Made by a program: the position numbers and the translations under genes. DNA of 64,000 nt from Candidatus Latescibacterota bacterium (lineage in GTDB: Bacteria; Latescibacterota; UBA2968; UBA8231): assembly GCA_007571365.1 (NCBI GenBank), contig RKRN01000058.1, forward strand, positions 3,842 through 67,841, read 5' to 3'. Numbering within the stretch: the first letter of the stretch is position 1; each line of letters opens with the position of its first letter. Under the pieces are notes generated by a model. That model searched no databases, had not been told where the DNA came from, and saw nothing but the letters and a program-made list of their open reading frames with translations. Positions 23,531 to 32,250 of the stretch are shown here, piece after piece.

Positions 23531-24292
23531 ATGCCCGGCCGACCCTACATCCTCGCCGAGACCAATTGGCAGACCGTAGAGCACACCCCGTACGAGGTGG
23601 CGATTCTCCCGTGGGGAGCGACGGAAGCGCACAATTATCACCTGCCTTATTCGACCGATGTGGTGCAGTGCGACGAGATTGTCGCCGCGGCGGCCGGCAT
23701 TGCTTGGGCGCAGAACGCCAAGGTCATTGTCTTGCCGACCGTGCCCTTTGGCGTCAACACCGGCCAGCTCGACATCAAGTTAGACCTCAATCTCAATCCC
23801 TCAACTCAGTTCGCCGTCCTGCAAGACTTAGTCGCGGCACTCGCCCATCAGGGCATGGCCAAACTACTCATTGTCAACGGCCACGGCGGCAACGACTTCA
23901 AACAGATGGTGCGAGAGCTGTTGCCGCGCTATGCGATGTTTATTTGCTGCATGGATTGGTACCGCATCGCCGCGCCGGAGCTTTTTGCCGCCGGTGGCGA
24001 CCACGCCAACGAGATGGAAACCAGTCTCATGCAATACCTGCGGCCGGATTGGGTGTTGCCGCTGGCCGAGGCCGGCCGGGGCCGCGAGCACAAGTTTAAG
24101 ATCGCCGCGCTGCGCGAAGGTTGGGTCTGGACCCAGCGCGACTGGACGCAGGCGACCGACGACACCGGCATCGGCGACCCGCGCCAAGCGACCCCGGAGA
24201 AGGGCCGCTGCTGCTTGGAGCAAGTGGCCGCGCAACTCGCCGAGTTCTTGGTCGAGCTAGCCGCGGCCGACCTAGCCGACCTCTACGAGTAG
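23531..24292 (+). CDS. Creatininase (creatinine amidohydrolase) family protein
   Basis: LPWGATEAHNYHLPYSTD and VNGHGGN motifs. Confidence 0.8.
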   Translation: MPGRPYILAETNWQTVEHTPYEVAILPWGATEAHNYHLPYSTDVVQCDEIVAAAAGIAWAQNAKVIVLPTVPFGVNTGQLDIKLDLNLNPSTQFAVLQDLVAALAHQGMAKLLIVNGHGGNDFKQMVRELLPRYAMFICCMDWYRIAAPELFAAGGDHANEMETSLMQYLRPDWVLPLAEAGRGREHKFKIAALREGWVWTQRDWTQATDDTGIGDPRQATPEKGRCCLEQVAAQLAEFLVELAAADLADLYE

Positions 24293-24295
24293 GCC

Positions 24296-25354
24296 ATGCA
24301 GTTCTACGCATTCGTCGCCCCTGGGCTAGAGGAGATCGCCCAACGAGAGATCGCCGCGCACTTGGCCGCCGAGCGGCAGGGCCAGCAGCGCGGCGTAGTG
24401 TTTTTTGCCACGGATGCCCCGCCCCAAGCCTTGCTCGAATTGGGGACGACCGAGGATGTGTTTGCGCTGGTAGCACGCGGTCCGGTGGCTGCGGGGCGCG
24501 AGGGCTTGGCACAGGCCGGCGCATTCGTTGCCGAGTCGCCGCTTTTTGCAGACGCCGTGGGCGCCCAGCGCCGCGCTCGTCCCAAGCGGATCAAGCGCAT
24601 CACTTACCGAATAGTGGCCCAGCGCCGCAGCGGGCAGCAGCGCTATGTGCGTCAAGAGATGCGCCGCGCCTTGCAGCAGGCCGTAGCGTGGCGTTTCCCG
24701 CGCTGGAAGTACGTGGCTGAGCGAGCACTGTTGGAGGTGTGGGCCTTGGAGGCCGCCGGCGAATTGCTCTGCGGGGTGCGCCTTTCCGACCAGACCATGC
24801 GCCACCGCACCTACAAGGTCGCGCAAGTGGAGGCTTCGTTGCGGCCGACGGTGGCGCGAGCCTTGGTGCTGCTATCCGAGCCAGCGGACGGCGACGTCTT
24901 TCTCGACCCCATGTGCGGGGCTGGAACCATCCTCATTGAGCGAGGGCTGCACGGTCGCTACGCCCAGCTTTTAGGCGGCGACATTCGCCCGGCCGCGGTG
25001 GCTGCCACCCGCACGAATATCGGCCCGCGCTACAAGCCGATTGCCGTCCGCCAATGGGATGCGCGGGATTTGCCCTTGGCCGACGGCAGCGTCGATCGGG
25101 TCGTGTGCAACCTGCCTTTTGGCAAAAAAATGGGCGAGCGGCAAGCACTGCGGCCGCTCTACGAGGGCTTTGCCCGCGAGGTGGCCAGGGTGCTAAAGCC
25201 CGGTGGCGTGGCCGTGTGTTTGACCAGCGAGCGCACGCTGCTGGCCAAGGCATTCGGCGCGTGGCCGCAACTGTACCTAGAGCGCACGTTCCCGGTTGAG
25301 GTGCTGGGGCAGCCGGCATTTTGTTGTAAATTGAAGAAACTCGCTGAGTACTAG
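24296..25354 (+). CDS. THUMP-domain class I SAM-dependent RNA methyltransferase
   Basis: THUMP-like N-terminus, SAM motif FLDPMCGAGTILIE, and catalytic NLPFG. Confidence 0.75.
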   Translation: MQFYAFVAPGLEEIAQREIAAHLAAERQGQQRGVVFFATDAPPQALLELGTTEDVFALVARGPVAAGREGLAQAGAFVAESPLFADAVGAQRRARPKRIKRITYRIVAQRRSGQQRYVRQEMRRALQQAVAWRFPRWKYVAERALLEVWALEAAGELLCGVRLSDQTMRHRTYKVAQVEASLRPTVARALVLLSEPADGDVFLDPMCGAGTILIERGLHGRYAQLLGGDIRPAAVAATRTNIGPRYKPIAVRQWDARDLPLADGSVDRVVCNLPFGKKMGERQALRPLYEGFAREVARVLKPGGVAVCLTSERTLLAKAFGAWPQLYLERTFPVEVLGQPAFCCKLKKLAEY

Positions 25355-25376
25355 ATCGGCGAATGAGGCATTTCAC

Positions 25377-25621
25377 TAACTGACGTTACGCAGCCCGGCC
25401 TTCGCCGGGTAGGCTCTGTGGCCTCCTCAGTCGTCATGCCGGCGAAAGCGGGAATCCAGCCTTGCTCAACGACCGCGTACGCCGCCAGAGGGGCATTCCC
25501 GCGCCAGAACGTCACCTCGTGCCCGACACGGGGCACGAATCCAGCCTGAGCACGGACCGTCAATGGGATTTTCTCGATGCCTGCTTTCGCCGGCATGACA
25601 AAAGCTGCGTAACATCAGTTA
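25377..25621. mobile_element. MITE-like element, copy B (best preserved, 245 bp)
   Basis: TIRs TAACTGACGTTACGCAG and CTGCGTAACATCAGTTA match at 16 of 17 positions. TA flanks both ACTGA ends. Internal perfect 17-bp inverted repeat GTCATGCCGGCGAAAGC, plus a GTGCCC/GGGCAC hairpin. Confidence 0.7.
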
Positions 25622-25643
25622 CTAAACTATAAAGGAGATTGTC

Positions 25644-26432
25644 ATGGCTGATTTTACGGGTCAAGTAGTTATCGTCACCGGCGGTGCTAAGGGCATTGGC
25701 GCCGGGATTTCGCGGGCATTCGCCGCGGCCGGGGCGCAGGTTGCCGCGTTGGACCTAGACGCCGAGGCCGGTGCGGCCTTGGCCGCGCAAGCGGGGTCGC
25801 TCCGCTTTTTTGCGGCCGACGTGGCCAGCGACGAGGCCTGCGCTCAGGCCGTGGGGCAGATCATTGAGGATTGGGGCCGTGTTGACGTGTTGTGCAACAA
25901 CGTCGGCATCCAGCCCGTGCCCAGCTATAAGCTGGCCCACGAGCTGCCGATAGCGATGTGGGATCGGATTATCGACGTCAATTTGAAGAGCTTTTTTCTG
26001 ATGGCTAGGCACTGCTTGCCGCAGATGATGGCGCAGCGCAAGGGGGTCATCATCAACACGGCGAGCGTCCAAGGGTTGCAGTCGGCGTCGATGGTTTCGG
26101 CCTATGCCGCCAGCAAGGGCGGGATTATCTCCCTGACGCGGCAGCTCGCGCTCGACTACGCCCAGTATGGGATTCGGGTGTTAGCGGTCAACCCCGGGGG
26201 CATTCAGACGCCGTTGGTCGATGAGGTGATCGAGGCATTCGGCCACGAGCGCGAGCAATTCTTTGAGGATTACGCCAAGCTCCATCCGCTCGGCCGCTAT
26301 GGCCAGCCGGAAGACATCGCCAACGCCGTGTTGTTCTTAGCCAGCGACCAGGCATCGTTTATGACCGGCGAAAACGTCTGCGTCGATGGCGGGCTGATGG
26401 CCAAGGGGGCGTGGGCCGAGGTGGAAGAGTGA
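25644..26432 (+). CDS. SDR family oxidoreductase
   Basis: TGGAKGIGAGI cofactor motif and catalytic YAASK. AAGGAG RBS. Confidence 0.9.
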   Translation: MADFTGQVVIVTGGAKGIGAGISRAFAAAGAQVAALDLDAEAGAALAAQAGSLRFFAADVASDEACAQAVGQIIEDWGRVDVLCNNVGIQPVPSYKLAHELPIAMWDRIIDVNLKSFFLMARHCLPQMMAQRKGVIINTASVQGLQSASMVSAYAASKGGIISLTRQLALDYAQYGIRVLAVNPGGIQTPLVDEVIEAFGHEREQFFEDYAKLHPLGRYGQPEDIANAVLFLASDQASFMTGENVCVDGGLMAKGAWAEVEE

Positions 26433-26444
26433 GGGCGAGGAGTG

Positions 26445-26774
26445 CTAGACTGCGACGACCCGCTGGTGCCCCTTTGCGTTTTTCGTCGGCGTAATGCGAA
26501 CTTCGACATTGCGATTGAGCCGATTCAGAAATGCAAATAGCCGTTCTACGCTGAAGCGGTCAAGCTCCCCGTTCTGTAGGCCCGACACATCTGCCTGATC
26601 CGCGCCGAGGAGTTCTCCGGCTTTTGCCGGCGTCAGTTTCCGGCCCGCGATAATGAGGTAGATTTCAACGGCGAGGTCGGCCTTCAACAATTCGCGTTCC
26701 GCTTCTGCCTCGGGGAATCCAATGTCTTTGAACACATTCCCAGAGCGGCACTCAAATCGGATGTTTTCAGTCAT
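26445..26774 (-). CDS. XRE-family HTH antitoxin (HigA-like)
   Basis: NVFKDIGFPEAEAERELLKADLA...LTPAKAGELLGADQADVSGL...RFSVERL pattern. This is typical of antitoxins paired with Gp49-type HigB/RelE toxins. Confidence 0.75.
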   Translation of the reverse strand: MTENIRFECRSGNVFKDIGFPEAEAERELLKADLAVEIYLIIAGRKLTPAKAGELLGADQADVSGLQNGELDRFSVERLFAFLNRLNRNVEVRITPTKNAKGHQRVVAV

Positions 26775-26922
26775 TTTCTGCCTCCATCGCTCGTATCCTG
26801 TTCAGTCGCTGTCGAATCAAGGCGATCTCTTTTTTGGGAGTGCTACTGCCACGAGTGGACTTCTTTTGCAACGCATGAAGCACATAAATGGTCTCGCTAA
26901 TTCTGACGGCGTGGCGGGCCAT
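26767..26922 (-). pseudogene. 5'-truncated HigB/Gp49-like (RelE/ParE superfamily) toxin remnant, 51 codons
   Basis: Hand translation gives MARHAVRISETIYVLHALQKKSTRGSSTPKKEIALIRQRLNRIRAMEAEND. This matches only the C-terminal ~45 aa of ~100-120-aa Gp49-type toxins. Its stop overlaps the antitoxin ATG, and an in-frame TGA closes the frame just upstream. Confidence 0.6.
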
Positions 26923-26977
26923 ACTACAACAGATTGCGGCGCAGCAGTCAACGCTTTTTCAGCTCAGCAGACCTGAT

Positions 26978-29900
26978 ATGCCCGGCCAATTGTTCACGCA
27001 CTATTTTCTCACCGACGGCATAAAGGCCACGGCGGAGTGGCAAGCGTCTCGGCCGGAAGCGTTTGCTGCGTTTAGGAACGGCGTTGCCCACCGCTACGAC
27101 GCTCTTAGCGGTGCCCGCAATCCCAACGAAGCGCGCACCGAGGACGAGCTGATTCGTCCGGTTTTGGAGCTATTGGGATGGACCGAGTACGTACCGCAGC
27201 CCAGGGCCGCCGGCCACGAGGACATTCCCGATCACCTGCTTTTTGCTGACGCCGAATCCAAGGCGCGGTCTGGCAATTCCTTCCAGTACGCGACCGTAGT
27301 GGAAGAGAGCAAGCGCTTTGGGCTGGCGCTCGACAGCCGGGACCCGACGCAGCGTGGGACGCCACACGGTCAGATGCTGCGCTACTTAGCAACGGCTGAA
27401 ATCGAGTCCGAGGGGCGCCTTCGCTGGGGCATCCTCACCAATGGCCGGGTCTGGCGGCTGTACGACTATCGCGCCCGGCCGCGGGCTAGCAGCTACTTTG
27501 AAGCCGACTTGGCCGCACTCGACGAACACGGCTGGCGCGTCTTTTACCTGCTGTTCCGCCGTGCGTCCTTTGTCCGGCAACAAGGGGCCACGGCTACGTT
27601 CCTCGAAGCGGCACTGGCCGAAGGGCGGCGTTATGAGGAACAGGTCGCGCAGGATCTTTCCGGGGTGGTGTTTGAGCGGGTATTTCCCAACCTCGTCAAT
27701 GCGCTGGCCGAGCAAGCGGGAGCAAGCCTCGCCGACAGCCGCGATGCGGCCCTGATCTTGCTCTATCGCTTGCTCTTTGTGCTCTACGCCGAGGACCGGG
27801 GGCTGCTGCCGGTCAACGACGCGCGCTACGACGACTATGGTTTGCGAAAGCCGGTGCGCGACCCGGTGGCGCGTAGGATGGCCGAAGGGGACACGTATTC
27901 GGCGGTAGCTACTAATTATTACGACCACCTGACGACGCTATTTAAGCTCATCGACAAGGGCGACCAATCCATCGGCCTGTCTCCGTATAACGGCGGCCTG
28001 TTTGCCATGGCGGCCGCGCCGTTGCTGGAAACGGTCCGCTTGGCCGACGCAGCGATCGCCCCCATCATCTACGACTTGAGCCACGCCGAGGATGCACAGG
28101 GTGTGCGCCGCTTTGTCAACTACCGCGACATGTCGGTACAGCAGCTGGGCTCCATTTACGAGCGGCTGCTGGAGCGCAAGCCGGTGCGCGGCGACAACGG
28201 CACCATTGCCATTCGCCCCAATCCCTATGCCCGCAAGGACAGCGGCAGTTTTTACACTTCGCAAGAATTGGTTGATCTGATCGTCGAGCGGACTTTGAAG
28301 CCGTTGGCTGAAGAGCGGCTCAAAGCCTTTGAAAACAAAGCCACCGCGTTCAAGAGCGACGGCCGCGCCAAGCGGGAACGGCGGGCGGAGCTCGAGCGGC
28401 TCGATCCGGCCGTGGCGGTTTTGGACCTCAAGGTGTTAGACCCAGCCATGGGTAGCGGGCACTTTCTGGTCACGGCCGTGGATTTCTTGTCGGACTATAT
28501 CGCCGAGTTGATCGAGTATGTTCCGGCTGTCCCGGAGTGGCTCAATGGCGAGTACGCATCGCCGTTGGTGGGGCGCGTGGCGGCGATTCGGGACGACATT
28601 CGCCAACGGGCTGCCGCCTCAAAGTGGGTCTTGGACGAGGCCCAACTTACCGATCAGGCCATCATCCGCCGCATGGTGCTCAAGCGCTGTATTTACGGGG
28701 TGGATAAGAACCGGCTGACGGTCGAGTTGGCCAAGGTGTCGCTGTGGCTGCACAGTTTTACGGTGGGTGCGCCGCTGTCGTTTCTCGATCACCACCTGCG
28801 CTGCGGCGACTCGCTGATTGGCCTGCGGGTGCGGGACGCCACCGATGCGTTGCACCGGCTCGGCGGGATGTTTGCCAGCAGTGCCATTGCCGGGGCCGAG
28901 ATGGCCACTGAAGGGATGCAGCGCATTGAGGAAATGTCCGATGCCGATGTGGCCGAGGTGCAGGAGTCGGCGGTGCTATTCGGCGGGGTGGAGCAGACGA
29001 CCGCCGACCTGCGCGGCTTGCTCAACTTTCTCTGTGGCGGGCGTTGGCGCACGGCGGGTATGAAGAAGAAGGAACTGGCTGAATTTGAGGGGCCGCTGGT
29101 GGCGACGCTCGGCCAGCACACGGCGAAGGCGTATGAGTTGTTGGCGCGGGGGCCGGCGGAAATAGGCGATTCGGCCGCGCAGTTTGCCGAGCTGTGGCGG
29201 GCGGCGCGGTCCATCGCCGAGCGGGAGGGTTTTCTGCATTGGGAGGTGGCTTTTCCGGGGGTGTGGTGGCAGTGGCAAGATGCGCGTCCGCACGGCGGCT
29301 TTGACGCGGTGATTGGCAATCCGCCGTGGGACCGCATCAAGCTGCAAGAGGTTGAGTGGTTTGCTACGCGGGATCGAGCACTCGCGCTCGCGCCGACGGC
29401 GGCAGCACGACGCCGGGGCATTCAGAAGTTGCGCGGTCGGGGAACACCGCTTGCGGCAGAGTTCGATGCCGCGAAAGCGCAGGCCGATCAATTCGGGCAA
29501 CTGGTGCGGGCCTCTGGGCATTATCCGTTGCTGAGCAGCGGCGACATCAACCTGTATTCGCTGTTCGTGGAGCGGGCGGTGAGCCTGATTAAACCCGATG
29601 GTATCGTCGGCTTGCTGACGCCGTCGGGCATTTATGCCGACAAGACGGCGGCGCGGTTTTTCCAGTCGGTTTCGACGAGCGGGCGCGTGGGCGGCCTGTT
29701 CGATTTTGAGAACAAGAAAATTTTCTTCAAAGATGTTCACGCTTCATTCAAATTCTGCGCCCTCATTTTGGGCGGCGAGGAGCGCCAGTTCGACCAGACC
29801 GAATGCGCCTTTTTCCTGCACGACACCAAGGCGATTCACGATGCGGACCGTTGCTTCCCGCTGACGCCGGACGATTTCACCCGCGTGAATCCGAATACTG

Positions 29901-30949
29901 GCACGGCTCCGGTGTTTCGCAGTCGGCGCGATGCGGAGATTACGCGCCGCATCTACGAGCAGCATCCGGTGCTGGTGGACCGCTCAGCAGGCACAGAGGA
30001 GCGCGTGTGGCCGGTGAAGTACGCCACAATGTTTCACATGGCCAACGACTCGCACCTTTTTATAACAGCAAAACAACTCAATGAGGAAGGGTTTTATCCG
30101 GTTGCGGGCAATCGCTGGCAGAAGGGCGAGGCGTTGTATTTGCCGTTGTACCAGGGCCGAATGATCTGGCACTTTGACCACCGTGCGAATTCTGTTCGCG
30201 TCAATCCTGAGAGTACGCACAATCCGTATCTCAGCGAGGAAGTCACCGAGGCGCAGCACGCGGATTCCGATTTCTTGCCCCAAGCACAGTATTGGGTGCC
30301 AGCCCACAATGTAGAGGCGATGCTACCCCAAAGTTGCGGATACGCTTTGGGCTTCCGCGACATTACCAATCCCACTAACGAAAGGACGACGGTTGCCGCT
30401 GTCGTACCGCAGGTTGGATGTGGACATACATTGCCAGTCCTTGTGCCGGCTGAACGCGACTTTGACGGCGAGAGCGCAGCCTGCCTGCTGGCCAATCTCA
30501 ACAGCTTCTGTTTCGATTACGTTGCGCGTCAGAAGGTTCAGGCGACTCACCTTACATGGTACATCGTCGAACAACTCCCCGTCATCGCTCCCGCCGCCTA
30601 CGACCGTAAATTCGGCACCACAACCGCCCGCGCCCTCGTCCGCAATCACGTCCTCCGCCTCACATACACCGCCCACGACCTAGCTCCTTTCGCCCGCGAC
30701 CTCGGCTACGACGGCCCGCCCTTTATATGGGACGGAGAGGAACGCCGCCACCTGCGCGCCCGTCTCGACGCGCTGTATTTTCACCTCTACGGCCTGTCGC
30801 GGGACGACGCGGCCTACATCCTCGACACCTTTCCCACCGTCCGCCACGCCGACGAAGCCGCCTTTGGCAAATACCGCACCCGCGATATGACGCTGGCCTA
30901 CATGAATGCGCTAGACGCCGGGGATGCGGAAGCAGTGGTGGCAGTGTAG
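26978..30949 (+). CDS. Type IIG-like fused restriction endonuclease / N6-adenine DNA methyltransferase (about 1320 aa)
   Basis: N-terminal PD...ExK candidates (IPDHLLF ... VVEESK). SAM motif VLDPAMGSGHFLV and catalytic GNPPWDRIK. Long C-terminal region is a putative TRD. Preferred start is ATG 26978 (MPGQLFTHYFL); ATG 26888 would overlap the toxin remnant. Confidence 0.75.
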   Translation: MPGQLFTHYFLTDGIKATAEWQASRPEAFAAFRNGVAHRYDALSGARNPNEARTEDELIRPVLELLGWTEYVPQPRAAGHEDIPDHLLFADAESKARSGNSFQYATVVEESKRFGLALDSRDPTQRGTPHGQMLRYLATAEIESEGRLRWGILTNGRVWRLYDYRARPRASSYFEADLAALDEHGWRVFYLLFRRASFVRQQGATATFLEAALAEGRRYEEQVAQDLSGVVFERVFPNLVNALAEQAGASLADSRDAALILLYRLLFVLYAEDRGLLPVNDARYDDYGLRKPVRDPVARRMAEGDTYSAVATNYYDHLTTLFKLIDKGDQSIGLSPYNGGLFAMAAAPLLETVRLADAAIAPIIYDLSHAEDAQGVRRFVNYRDMSVQQLGSIYERLLERKPVRGDNGTIAIRPNPYARKDSGSFYTSQELVDLIVERTLKPLAEERLKAFENKATAFKSDGRAKRERRAELERLDPAVAVLDLKVLDPAMGSGHFLVTAVDFLSDYIAELIEYVPAVPEWLNGEYASPLVGRVAAIRDDIRQRAAASKWVLDEAQLTDQAIIRRMVLKRCIYGVDKNRLTVELAKVSLWLHSFTVGAPLSFLDHHLRCGDSLIGLRVRDATDALHRLGGMFASSAIAGAEMATEGMQRIEEMSDADVAEVQESAVLFGGVEQTTADLRGLLNFLCGGRWRTAGMKKKELAEFEGPLVATLGQHTAKAYELLARGPAEIGDSAAQFAELWRAARSIAEREGFLHWEVAFPGVWWQWQDARPHGGFDAVIGNPPWDRIKLQEVEWFATRDRALALAPTAAARRRGIQKLRGRGTPLAAEFDAAKAQADQFGQLVRASGHYPLLSSGDINLYSLFVERAVSLIKPDGIVGLLTPSGIYADKTAARFFQSVSTSGRVGGLFDFENKKIFFKDVHASFKFCALILGGEERQFDQTECAFFLHDTKAIHDADRCFPLTPDDFTRVNPNTGTAPVFRSRRDAEITRRIYEQHPVLVDRSAGTEERVWPVKYATMFHMANDSHLFITAKQLNEEGFYPVAGNRWQKGEALYLPLYQGRMIWHFDHRANSVRVNPESTHNPYLSEEVTEAQHADSDFLPQAQYWVPAHNVEAMLPQSCGYALGFRDITNPTNERTTVAAVVPQVGCGHTLPVLVPAERDFDGESAACLLANLNSFCFDYVARQKVQATHLTWYIVEQLPVIAPAAYDRKFGTTTARALVRNHVLRLTYTAHDLAPFARDLGYDGPPFIWDGEERRHLRARLDALYFHLYGLSRDDAAYILDTFPTVRHADEAAFGKYRTRDMTLAYMNALDAGDAEAVVAV

Positions 30950-30962
30950 GTATATATGTCAG

Positions 30963-30991
30963 TTGACAGGGTTTCGATTTGTATTTTTTAT
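30963..30991 (+). promoter_or_regulatory. Possible promoter for the DUF2188 cassette
   Basis: TTGACA, a 17-nt spacer, then TTTTAT (weak -10). Confidence 0.3.
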
Positions 30992-31034
30992 TACCGAAAC
31001 GGATTTCAATGATCTAACGGAGAGGAATTTAGCG

Positions 31035-31268
31035 GTGTCAGGGAAAAACCAACACGTTGTGAAAGGGGAGGATGGTTGGGCTGTTCGAGGCGCAGGCAAC
31101 TCGAAATACACATCTCACCACGGTACTCAATATCAGGCGATTAACCAAGCACGTGAAATAGCCCAAAACCAAAAAAGTGAAGTTGTGATTCATAGGCCCG
31201 ATGGTAGAATTCGAGACAAGGACTCTTACGGCAATGATCCCTTGCCGCCAAAAGACAAGAAACACTGA
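31035..31268 (+). CDS. DUF2188-like small protein
   Basis: GKNQHVVKGEDGWAVRGAGNSKYTSHHGTQYQAINQAREIAQNQKSEVVIHRPDGRIRDKDSYG. GTG 31035 follows GGAGAGG. AT-richer than the flanks. Confidence 0.55.
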   Translation: MSGKNQHVVKGEDGWAVRGAGNSKYTSHHGTQYQAINQAREIAQNQKSEVVIHRPDGRIRDKDSYGNDPLPPKDKKH

Positions 31269-31325
31269 CCTTCAGATTAGCAAATTCGTCAAGATTGATC
31301 GGTCCCAATCGAAATTCGATCTTTC

Positions 31326-31412
31326 TTTGAGGTCTAACCGCACCCGCGACGTGACGCTGGCGTATGTGAATGCACCGGCCGCGGGGATGCAGAAGCGGTG
31401 GTGGCGGTCTAA
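31326..31412 (+). repeat. Decayed copy 1 of the type IIG gene 3' end
   Basis: aaccgcacccgcgacgtgacgctggcgtatgtgaatgca...gcggtggtggcggtctaa aligns to 30873..30949 with a 1-nt deletion. Would encode NRTRDVTLAYVNA...DAEAVVAV. Confidence 0.8.
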
Positions 31413-31513
31413 AAAGAAGAATTCGCAATTTTTGCAAAGTCCGTTGCATCAATGGTTCGGACAATTTATTGATAGATTCCAATTCGTCAAAAGCAAAGTG
31501 GTTTCTCGGCCAC

Positions 31514-31711
31514 ATGCCACGTAAAATTAGAGAACTCATCAAAGATCTCGAAAATGCTGGATTTGAAAAACGTGGCGGAAAAGGAAGCCATAGAAAGTTT
31601 GTGCATCCTAACGTTTCAAAATCTGTGATACTTGCCGGTCAGCTTGGTGCTGACGCAAAACACTATGAAGAAAAGGCGATCAGAGTCGCTATTGAGGAGT
31701 CAAAAAAATGA
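31514..31711 (+). CDS. hicA: HicA mRNA-interferase toxin
   Basis: MPRKIRELIKDLENAGFEKRGGKGSHRKFVHP. The true start is ATG 31514, inside the longer track ORF. Confidence 0.8.
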   Translation: MPRKIRELIKDLENAGFEKRGGKGSHRKFVHPNVSKSVILAGQLGADAKHYEEKAIRVAIEESKK

Positions 31712-31947
31712 AAATGAGTTCCCGTTATGTCAAAATAGTGGAATGGTCGGACGAGGATCAGTGCTATGTCGGCCGTTGTCCGGATCTTTTTTACGGTGGA
31801 TGTCACGGCGATAACGAACAAGCCGTATTTTCAGAACTGTGCCGCATCGTTGAAGAGACCATTGAACTATACCAACAAGACGGCAGGCCATTACCTGCAC
31901 CGACCTCCGGTAAGGACTATGCCAACAAGATGTTAGAAATTGCCTGA
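31708..31947 (+). CDS. hicB: HicB antitoxin
   Basis: YVKIVEWSDEDQCYVGRCPDLFYGGCHGDN...DGRPLPAP. ATGA overlap with hicA. Confidence 0.8.
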   Translation: MKMSSRYVKIVEWSDEDQCYVGRCPDLFYGGCHGDNEQAVFSELCRIVEETIELYQQDGRPLPAPTSGKDYANKMLEIA

Positions 31948-31973
31948 CCACCCACTATAGTTAGCGGCGTAAT

Positions 31974-32128
31974 CATTTCCACCTCTACGGCCTGCCGCGG
32001 GACGGCGCGGCCCATCTTCCCCATCGTGCGCCGTGCTGACGAAGCCGCCTTCGGAAAACCTACCTCACCCACGACATGACGCTAGCGTACATGAATGCGC
32101 TAGACGCCGGGGATGCGGAATCAGCATA
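31974..32128 (+). repeat. Decayed copy 2 of the type IIG gene 3' end
   Basis: Aligns to 30777..30931 with internal deletions. A 33-nt identical run, tacatgaatgcgctagacgccggggatgcggaa, sits at 32088..32120 and 30899..30931. Confidence 0.9.
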
Positions 32129-32250
32129 GCCCCGCACAGACTTCTTCTTCGCTCAACAGAAAAATTCAGTTTTTATTTTGTTCTATCGGGAGTATAACGC
32201 GGGGGATAGTTCCCTACTCCCTGAACGTCATAAAAAGGAGAGAGGAAGCT

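Noticed and set aside
25351-25596. 81-aa ORF (contains IPAFAGMT-type peptide)
   Set aside because: It lies wholly inside MITE copy B and translates its inverted repeats. It is a known kind of repeat-derived ghost ORF.
26888-26977. Upstream ATG 26888 as start of the type IIG gene
   Set aside because: It would overlap the toxin remnant. The family-typical N-terminus (LF..YFL...) follows ATG 26978. This remains uncertain.
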